Of a stretch of DNA of 64,000 bases, positions 50,001 to 58,900 are shown piece after piece. The notes beneath the pieces were generated by a model that was not told where the DNA came from, did not search any database, and was given only the letters and a program-made list of their open reading frames with translations. A program made the position numbers and the translations under genes. The first letter of the stretch is position 1, and each line of letters opens with the position of its first letter. This stretch comes from a virus, in the IMG/VR virus record IMGVR_UViG_3300033153_008530, positions 23,012 through 87,011 of that record; one strand, given 5' to 3'.

Positions 50001-50545
50001 GAAGATAAACCAAGCTCTTCTAAATCAGTTGTAATAGTTGCTAAATCTGATGTTTTAACTACGTTCTTTACAAAAGTCTCTTTCTTTTTCTCAAAGAAGT
50101 TCTTTTGATCTGCAGTTGGCATGAACGGATTTCCACCATCTTGCATCATTGGCTGCTCCATTGGAGGTTGCTCCATTGGAGGCTGTTGTTGTTCTTGTTG
50201 CTGAGATTGCTCCTTTATCATTTCAACAACACTCTTTATAATTCCAATTGCTTGTTCTTCTTCAAGTTCAAGTTCTTTAACTAATATTTTAACAATGTCT
50301 TCAGGTTTAGTTCCCTGTTGAATCATCTGAGCAACTTGCATCATCAATTGTTGCTGCTGCTGTTGTTGTTGAGCTTCTTCTTCACTCATCTGAGGTTGCT
50401 GCTGTTGTTGAGGCTGTTGTTGAGGCTGACCTTGCATCATTCCTCCTGGAGGAGGTCCACCTTGTTGAAACACATTACCACCACAATCAAAACATGGCTT
50501 GTTACCACCTTTTTTATATACTCTAACTCGTCTTGTTTTACCCAT
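47045..50545 (-). CDS. Modular virion cargo protein (1166 aa) with QxGG linkers
   Basis: N-terminal CxxC and poly-Gln; seven QxGG motifs; one hydrophobic helix FGAYGILGGLGYLGA; C-terminal acidic helix motif. Confidence 0.65.
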   Translation of the reverse strand: MGKTRRVRVYKKGGNKPCFDCGGNVFQQGGPPPGGMMQGQPQQQPQQQQQPQMSEEEAQQQQQQQQLMMQVAQMIQQGTKPEDIVKILVKELELEEEQAIGIIKSVVEMIKEQSQQQEQQQPPMEQPPMEQPMMQDGGNPFMPTADQKNFFEKKKETFVKNVVKTSDLATITTDLEELGLSSKQLKKGFQQGGAPSGYIGPTPGIRDVDFRKDDFGYNPNSASQGAYESAYNKELGNDTLATSIRKGVKTLSPFINPKKQGVDKEGNKGYYKNVIPGSDGYGIDTPEGTTWGMDNQGNESSFAPGYNPYIQRGGHIPQAQYGLTHSDSLRHQHNKIVQYEQLQGSKEGNPLSYYNDPKYMDKLMDISDDLTDYNSAMEKAEATDFIFNSGSNPKRQAIQEFYRKNNPELITKDKYGRQSWAERNSMSDDDIDKLYKTTVGSLKENDRRVMNNLGRDWYYKNSGVKNTNYDYGLDDEGKMIKGDYGEWSPAYMNSWYGRIHNTNDFSDFDPKDETLKHPSKRQRGGNIPQMQKGGFMPKRPPGGWFPSRDKLSPHGNYELSSPFRQQIGYPRLFGIKMGSENFRITPIEGSGYSITLQGNTEGTPWLGLKSTQSVDLGSITIDKNNAIKSVDVPQEYKDIAGGIENILIDAAARQKTTGVTDLDYDPLGQYGNKFTGDMAPFNRLPLFNREFTGPGAEILGADYNPKLDITRGYDPETKSSTWPGHYGGPGVTIYGLNEAGLAGFEHTVAQLEGMGITISDYDRVILDNIKADLSGGYTVKNITWEKIGKITDPKVREAITNVASKFSIGQGLGLKKRWARNLTDFGAYGILGGLGYLGADYMWGETDEEKLKREYNEGRKEEIMLKEYTESESDRIERELQERVDIYTQQKHKQLGGHIPKAQWGVSYPGAKPARYYSALEEGDAYNQMQQYADDMGIEEGDISMDPGYFQRKGLFGRKGEWNFGMTGAPGTGAGTYDEYVQDVDPTGQGTGILSQSDWETKNEQTFTPTRTGTVDYKRDRGRERQEKQMYRTDKRAWRKGQKAEHGSAWSNLSGDERANIGIAGLNVLGSIGQGKRNRKAQDEFEDTLVGDSMYRATSADTSGLEGDYLWNAQGSNFRPTDTGMGSFGNYGKVARFGGNVGDEVYMDENELQNFLDGGGLVDYLD
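50151..50185 (-). repeat. Short in-frame tandem repeat, 15-bp period, encoding (QPPME)n
   Basis: ggctgctccattggaggttgctccattggaggctg within the Gln-rich N-terminus of the 1166-aa ORF. Confidence 0.6.
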
Positions 50546-50590
50546 GATTTATGCTATATATATAATATACGAAATTTTTGTTAAAACCTT

Positions 50591-50607
50591 TAAACTTTAA
50601 AAGTTTA
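50591..50607. promoter_or_regulatory. 17-bp palindromic box TAAACTTT-A-AAAGTTTA, copy 2
   Basis: 45 nt upstream of the ATG at 50545; its first three bases on the - strand are the TAA that ends the read-through frame. Confidence 0.6.
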
Positions 50608-50799
50608 CATATACTCAATTTCATATCCTTGTTTTTCTAATTTTTTTATTTCTGAATTAGAGAGATTATACTCTCCTCCTTCTTTATAATCTATATTAAT
50701 TTTGTTACCCTCTCTATCATATCCTTGATAAAATTGATTATTAGGTGTATCTAGTAAATCATACTCAGCAGAAGGTATAGACCATAATGGACTTTGTAA

Positions 50800-52962
50800 T
50801 CACCATTGTCCTGCAGTTCTAAGTGCAGGGTTTATATAATCACCAAAAGTCTTACGTTGCAGTTGTCCAGGAAGACCAAACTCACCAGGATAATATGATC
50901 CGTGTTTAGTAAAAGGTTTATAAGGTTTTTGATATCTATTATATAGTAATGAGGGTTTATATGAAATTTGTGCTCCAGGAGGATGAGACCATCCTGGTGT
51001 TTTTTCCAAAGGAGTAACTGTTCTTCTATATATACCTGACGTACTTATTGGTGCCTCCATTCCAACATGTAAAGGTTTCCCCGTATATATACCTCTGTTC
51101 TTTCCTAAACTGATTCCTAAACCATAATTAGCACCTTCTTTAGGAGCGTAATATAAAGGCTTTCCGCCAGGCAGTAAAGGCATCCCATGTTTTTTAGGAT
51201 TCATTAAATATCTCCCAAAAGATGGTATCCTTCCTATTGATTTAAAAAGAGGACTTACAACTTTACCAATAGGAAGGGCTAACATGCCAGCACTAATCAG
51301 GTCCATTCCACTAACACCGTATTGATCATATGCATATTCTCTATGTTGACTATGAAGGCTCCCACTATTGTCATATAGAGAAGAGTCATTATCACCAAAA
51401 AGACCATGTGTATTTCTTATTAGATTTCCATGTTCATCAACTATATTTGTATTTCCTACAAATCCACCAGGTCTATCTGAATCTTTTTTTTTTTTTTTGG
51501 GATTTAATCTTGAATTAAAGAAATAATATGGATTTTGTGCCATTATATTATAATCTTCTGCACGACTATAAGATCCAAATTCAGGACCAGCTCCTGCAAA
51601 GGCTGCTGGTATTGTATAAGCTGTATTACCTAACCAACCAAGCATGTGTGCTGGAGCACCTGCAAAGTTATCCCAAAAATATTTGTCACTTTTTCTTGTT
51701 TCTCCTGTGTAATTAAAAAATCTTCTATCAGATGGTGAAATATCAGAATTACCTGATAAATAATCAGCAGTATGAATAGGATTTGTTAAACCATACCAAA
51801 TATCACTTAACGTTCCTGCTTCTTTTTGTTTATAGTTTTCTTTTCCTTTTTCATATAATTTATGTTGATCCATTGTGCCTTCATGCATATCAACTAATCC
51901 TTGCTCATAAGATTTAACACCCTGTTGAGTCATATCAGTTAATGCCATGTCATAGTGTGAACTTAATCCTCTATTCTCAAATTCTTTTTTTAATGTTTCA
52001 TGAAATACTTTGCTACCTAGATTTCCAAGTTGCTCTTTAGTTTCTTTATTATGTTCAAAATATCCATATGGATTAGAGTTTCTTCCATAATCATAATTAC
52101 CTGGTCCCTCTGAACCATATGAGTTACCTGTTAAAGGATTTATTCCTATGTATCTATTTGTTGCCTCCTCCAAAGTTGCATCACCAAAATAACTACTTCT
52201 ATAACCAGATGCCATTGAATTAATTTGAGATTGTGTTATATGTTGTAAATTAGATTGAGTTGAAGGACGATACCCTTCATTTAAATACTCCTGTTCAGGT
52301 GTTATAGGCCAATTTTTCTTATCATCCCCGTATACTTCTCTCATTATTTTTTCTTCTTCTTCTTTAGAAACATAATTAGGATCATCTGGATCTAAATATG
52401 AACTTCCTATTGTCCAGTCATTACTTGGATCATAATGATAGTATTTTTGATATGTTTTATGATCTCTTAAAATTGGATTTTCAATATTCTCTATCTCACC
52501 CATTATTTTTGTCAACAATTCATTTTCATTTGCTTCAATGTTTGCTGGACTATCTCCTGTTAATCTTTCATATAAGTCTTCTCCCTCCATACCGTGTTTA
52601 GCAAATATTTCTTTTCTATAAGCCTCATCAGCTTTATATGCTGCTTCATATGCTTCATTTATATCCTTTAGATAAATTTGATTTTGAAGATGCTGATATT
52701 GTTTGTTAATTACTTCTTCATCAGATAACTCATTAAAATGATTTATTGTTGCTTCATTCATCGTCTGATCTTGTTTATACATAGGACCTGATGAATCTTC
52801 TTTATATAAACTTATTCCAACATCTTCTGGATTAGTTGGTCTTTTCCATGTTCCGTCATAATAACTATTTTGAAGGTCTTTTAGAGAGTTAAATTTGTCT
52901 GAATTATAATATTTTACTTGTTCTAGTAGTCCTGGATCTGAAGTTACTTCCTCTTTTGTCAT
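50800..52962 (-). CDS. C-terminal fragment (720 aa) of the split cargo gene
   Basis: Starts at the ATG supplied by the duplicated 52-mer (MTKEEVTSDPGLLEQVKY); the frame stays open past its TGA to 50605. Confidence 0.55.
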   Translation of the reverse strand: MTKEEVTSDPGLLEQVKYYNSDKFNSLKDLQNSYYDGTWKRPTNPEDVGISLYKEDSSGPMYKQDQTMNEATINHFNELSDEEVINKQYQHLQNQIYLKDINEAYEAAYKADEAYRKEIFAKHGMEGEDLYERLTGDSPANIEANENELLTKIMGEIENIENPILRDHKTYQKYYHYDPSNDWTIGSSYLDPDDPNYVSKEEEEKIMREVYGDDKKNWPITPEQEYLNEGYRPSTQSNLQHITQSQINSMASGYRSSYFGDATLEEATNRYIGINPLTGNSYGSEGPGNYDYGRNSNPYGYFEHNKETKEQLGNLGSKVFHETLKKEFENRGLSSHYDMALTDMTQQGVKSYEQGLVDMHEGTMDQHKLYEKGKENYKQKEAGTLSDIWYGLTNPIHTADYLSGNSDISPSDRRFFNYTGETRKSDKYFWDNFAGAPAHMLGWLGNTAYTIPAAFAGAGPEFGSYSRAEDYNIMAQNPYYFFNSRLNPKKKKKDSDRPGGFVGNTNIVDEHGNLIRNTHGLFGDNDSSLYDNSGSLHSQHREYAYDQYGVSGMDLISAGMLALPIGKVVSPLFKSIGRIPSFGRYLMNPKKHGMPLLPGGKPLYYAPKEGANYGLGISLGKNRGIYTGKPLHVGMEAPISTSGIYRRTVTPLEKTPGWSHPPGAQISYKPSLLYNRYQKPYKPFTKHGSYYPGEFGLPGQLQRKTFGDYINPALRTAGQW
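51484..51498 (-). repeat. A15 homopolymer in the coding strand (Lys5)
   Basis: 15 consecutive T on the + strand; currently in frame. Confidence 0.85.
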
Positions 52963-55900
52963 ATTTTACTTGTTCTAGTAGTCCTGGATCTGAAGTTACT
53001 TCCTCTTTTGTCATACCAGGTATATAAGGAATATCTGAACCATAATATTTACCATAAATCCCTCCATATTCAGACTCACTTAATAATGTTGTTGGATTTT
53101 TATATAAAGGTTTATCATTTTTATCTACTATTATAACATCCTCATAAAAGGTACTTGATCCTTTATCTGGATTATCTGGATCACGGGGATCTCGTAAGAA
53201 CATTGCATCTTTCTTTGAAACTTTATAAACTTCATTATATGCATCTTTCTTTGATCCATCTCCTTTATACTTATATGTCATATAGTCTTTACCATCTTTT
53301 CCTTTAGTCAACTTAGGAGTACCATCAGTATTAAATACTAACTCTGCATTTTCATGTTCTTTTATATATTTCTCATTAAGTGCTTGTCTTTGATTTCGTT
53401 GATCTTCTTCTTGTATTATTCTTTGAGTATCTTTTTCAACATACTCTTGTGCTGCATTAAATTCTTCTTCATTTTTAAACTTACTGATTGTTAAAGGTTG
53501 ATTATGCCATTCTCCTTTATTATCATAATATCCTCTATCTGAATGGTTTCTAACATTTTCAACCCAAACTCTTTCTTTTGTTTCAGGATCAATATAATAA
53601 TATCCTCCACCATCCTGAAATTTAGGTACTGAGCCTCCTTTTTGGAAATCCCATTCTGGTCTTGATTGATCAATTCCTGGTATTCTTTGATGACCTTTTA
53701 TTGCTCTTTTATTCCAGACTGCTCCTGAATCAACAGACCAATCATCACTCCAACTAAGATCTCTAAGTTCCCTATAAGGAGATATTTCAACACCACCAAA
53801 CCTATTTGCTACTTCACGCCAATCTATACCAGACATCAGTGGTACACCAGGCATTAAACTTTTACCAAATGCATCAGTAAATTGTACAATAGATTCTGGT
53901 CTAGTGAGTTTTACAACTTTATCTGGACCATGACCATAACTTAAGTCTAAACTAAATGGATTAGATCCATGAAACTTTTCTGGCATTTCATATTGTGACC
54001 AATCTCTCCAACTATTACCTTTTCCATACCATAACCCTTCTGGTTTCTTTAATTTACTTGAATTATGCATACCTATTTCTCCAACTTGAGGATAATCTTG
54101 TAATCTCAATTCTGATCCATGAATAGAAGTAACAGGTGCATCTTTATAATACTTTTCAATCATTTGTCTAGTATCATGCGTTTTACCCATACTTTCTAAA
54201 TAGGCAGTTTGTAATTCATGTAATTCCTTTGTACTTCCGTTTACTGTCCAATCCTTATAAAGTTTAGCTAAATTATATGGCTTATTACCATCCTGAGATA
54301 AGTAATAAGTACCTTTTGAAGTAGGTACAGCAGTAAGTCCAAAATGTGAAGCATCCTTTATTAATTGTTTAGCTATTCTTGTATCTAGTGTATTCGTAAA
54401 CCCCTTCTCATTTATATGATATTTTCTTAAAAAATTATTTACAGCAGGTTTTATAACTCCACCTTTTTGTGCTTTAGGAAGTTCATCTATTTCAAATCCC
54501 TGATTTTTGAAATTTTGGATTTGTTCTTCAGTGAGATCAAGATCCATGTATTCACCTCCTAATTGTTCAACAGGTAAATAAGGATCTTCAAAATCAGGAT
54601 TTAAATCAACGTGTGTTTCAGGATTGTAAATATATTTTTTAAAATCATAATATTTATCTGAAAGTGGCTTTATCGCATCATAGCTATCATGTTCTGGATG
54701 CATTTTGTTAATCTGCCTAATATTATCTTCCATTGGCTTAAATTGCTCATTATAATTATCCCAATAATTCCAATTTTTATAATAAGGATCTCCAAAATAG
54801 TAATTAGTCAATCTCTTTAAAAGAGGTACATTACTATAAGCATTACTTTCTGCTACATCTAATTCTTTTTGAAGATTATATTTATCTAAATCAAGATTAA
54901 AACTTTGAAGGTTCCTGTCTCTTATTTTTTTACTTTGTTCTACAAGGTTAGCTAATCCTTCATAACTCAAAGATTCCATTTGCTCTAAAGAAATTGGAGT
55001 AGGATTTTTTTGTAACCAAGCTGTATATTCTTCCTGGTACTTTTCTTTACTTTTTCCCTCTAATACTTGATGTTCATAGTTTTTTCTCCACCACTCTGTG
55101 TCATAGTCAGTAACTTTTATGTCATATGCCTCTGGATCAATAATTTGTAATTTTTTATCATTTAATACTTTTAAATCTTGTTTATATTTATCATCCCAAA
55201 GATTTACGCTTTGATTTGCAAAACCACCCATTGCTTCTAAATATGGTAAATCAGCACTAATATTATCAAACTTTCTAAAATATGGATTATATATTTGTGG
55301 TACTCCTGACCATGAAGTTCTAGTTCCAGTTATAGAAGGAACATTAAATAACTTTTTCCCTATTGTTTTAAGTAAACTACCTCCTTTTTGATATTGATTA
55401 ACAATATTACCAGTTCTATTATCAATAATATAGTTTCCTTTTATATCAAAAGGTTTACCTCCCATAAATCTTAATAAATCTGTATCTTTTAAAAATTTTG
55501 GAATAAATTTAGATTCTGACTTTTGTAAAGGATGTAAATCCCATGTATCATTATATTGAAAACGTGTTTGATCAAAACCAGAACTACCTTTTCCTATTTG
55601 TGGTTGTACATCCCATCTATAACCTCCCATTATGTTATGACCTTCATCATAAACTGAATGAGTAGCAAAAGGATTGTCAAGTGGATATAAAGACTTTTGT
55701 ACAGTTTGTGAAGGATTGTATGCGCTCTCAGATCCAGGACTATTAGATAAGGCATACGTAAAATATGCTTTTTGTTCTTGTGGGCTTAACGTTTCACCTC
55801 TTCGTAATTTATCTTGAGCACGTTCAGCTATTCTTTTATTAAAATTTTTCTGGACACCTTTTAATTCGTTGTTAAGAATCAACGCATCAGCTTCCTTTGG

Positions 55901-58900
55901 ATATTGTTTTAATAAATTAAAATGTTCCATATCTGATAAAAGAGTATTAAAATATTCATCTTTTCCAAGTATAGAATTCTGCCCTGGAGTAAAATCATTT
56001 ATTCTATAACTTCCATCAGGATTTAAAGAAAATGTATTATGTTGTTGATCTAACCCTAAGCCTACTCTAAATGCATCTACTCTAGATTGACCAGACTTAA
56101 GTGTAGCCAATCTCATATTTTCTAATCTTTCAGGTGTAATAAAATAATCGTCTTTTGCCCTTATTGGATCATTCTTATATTGAGATAATGCATAATTGTA
56201 TGCACCCTGACTAAGCATTTCACCCGTCTTCATGGCTCTCTCATCAGCATTAAGCTTTATGTTTTCTCTGTAAACAGAAGGAATATTTTTAAAATGACTT
56301 TTCTTATAACCAACTGGATTAACAGCATTAAACCAAAAGTTTCTATAGGCATTAAGATTAAATGGATTTTTGTATGAGGGTGGGTGAATGGGTTCTACAA
56401 GTTTTAATCCTTTTCCACCTCCACGTTGTAATTTTTGTATCTCTCCTCCCTTTTGCAACTTAATATTATTTACTTTATTTATAAATGCTGGGTCTACTTT
56501 AATTTGCATTAGTTTATATCCAAATTCATCAGTTACTATATTTATCCAATCTTTAAATTCTTTTTGTATAAAGTTTTTATGTGATCCATCATAGTTTCTT
56601 TGGTGTATTGTTATTTCAGGAATAGGTGGGTCTAAAACTTCAAGCAATTGCTTTATCCTTGCTACTTCTATATTCTTTTCTAGTTCTTTCTGCGAAAATA
56701 TTTCTGTTAGCTTATTGTTTTCTCTTACCTTAGTCTTATAAGCTTTATATGAATCTTTATCTATAGTCTCAGTCATCTTTTTAAACCACTCAAGCCTTTC
56801 CTCTCTTATGTACCTATACTCCGTTTCTTCCCCATATCTCATCTTAAAATAATCTTCTGCTAAGACTTCTCCTTTACTCTTTGTTCCAGCTATAGATATA
56901 TTATCAGGCAACATTAAATACGAACTTATATCATTAACCATTTTACTCAATTCTGCATCCTTATCTCGGAATGACTGATAACCAACCTTATCACTAAGGG
57001 ATCCATCTGGATTGTAAGCTAAAAACGTATCAGGATATTTTTTGGCTAGACTCTCTAGTGAATAACCTTTAGTATCTAAATATTTTTGAACTATTTCATC
57101 ATGACTAGACTTTGTGTCTTTCATCTTTTCCTTATACTTAATCCTAACACTTTTATACTTATCCTTTGTCTGTCGTAATAGGCTCTCCTGCTTTTCTATC
57201 TCATTAAAATTATCTTTTTTTAATTTAATTATATCTTCTGTAGTTTGTTTATCATGTATATATTCACTACGATCACCCTGTGTTGATGTAGCTATTTCAC
57301 CTAACGGTAAATCAATTGTTGTATAACCTTCCTTTACTAACTGTTGAAGATATGCGTAAGTATTTAATTTCTGATAACGTCTATCTTTAGCTTTTGTACC
57401 CTTATTACCTTGTAGCAGTTTTAAAAATTTATTTGCATTTGAATTCTTATTAGAAGTTCCAGTAATTGATTCAGCATTATGAGAATAAAATTCTCTCATC
57501 TCATAATCTCGCATTACTGAAGCATCTCCTAGCAGTGTTTTCTTTCCATCTTCTACTCTATACTTTTCTACTCCCCATGTATCATTACCAAAACGTTTAA
57601 AATATCTACTCTCACGTTTTGTTCCATGTATAACTGTAAATTCATTATTATCTTGTTTAAATTCTTCCCAAGATTTAGGTGGTACTAAAACTTCTTTAAT
57701 ATTCTCTCCTCCCTTTCCTGGCTGCATTGGATCTGATTGAGGTTCTACAACAGTGAAATGAGTTGGATCATCTAAATGCTTAAATCCTCTCATATGAGCA
57801 ATTGTTGTTGGACCTGCTGCTGCATGATGACCTGGAGCTAAAGGGGGAATTGTTGTTTCATTACCAAAATGTTTATCTCCAATAACATTTGTTCCAGGTG
57901 TATTTATAGTATATATTGCATACTCATGATTAGGTGAATCTCTATATTCAGCAGGAGTGTAAGTCTCTAAATATGTATCCTGTGGTTCCAGATTGCCTTG
58001 AATAAAATCCCTATAACCTCTAACTCCTACTTCTGAAAGTATTTTATTTTTGGCTCTAAAATCAAGCTTTGGTTTATAAAGCTTTTGAACTGTTACAGGA
58101 AGAGTTAAATCATTATGAATTGAATTAGCAAGATCAATTGGTTGTATTTCTCCAAATAAATTATTATCTAAAACATAATCATCTAATAACTTAAAATCTT
58201 CTTGTTTAAGACCTTTATTTTGTAAGTATTTCTTTTTAAACTGACCAAGATCATATTCATTATTTAATTTGATTGATGGTAATGTAGATTGCAACTTTCT
58301 AATTTCATCAGCTAATCTCAATGTATGATTAATGCCTTCTCTTTGTACTTTATCTATAAGAGGCATACTTCTGTAAGGACCTTGTGGTATCTCTCTTAAT
58401 GCATGACCCCAATCTATAGATCGTGGTTTATAGGATGATGTAAAAGGTTTAAAAGGTACTGTAGTTGTAATAGGATATCTTATATTTGTATATCCTGAAA
58501 CATTTGAAGGTTTAGTTCTTAACTTAAATTTTCCACCAAATTGTGTTTTAGGTAATTCTTCAACAACATGACCACCTCTTCTGTATTCTTCTATCTCTTC
58601 ATCTGTTAAGTCAAGTTCTTCATATTCTCCACCGTCTTGTTCTTCATCTAAATTATGTCTAAATAAAGGAGATACTCTTTTATAATTTTCTTCTGCAAAA
58701 TATTGTGCATCTTCTGGTCTATCAAATCTCATTGCTTCTCTATCTTCAGGACTTGCATCAGTGTTATAAAAAAGTTGACCATCAGGTCCTTCTTGAATAG
58801 AAGGAACTGCATAATTATCTACAGAAAACATATAATGTGATCCTGGATTGCCAGCCATCTCTGGTGTAGTGTATGGTTCTGTTCCTGTAAAAATATAAGG

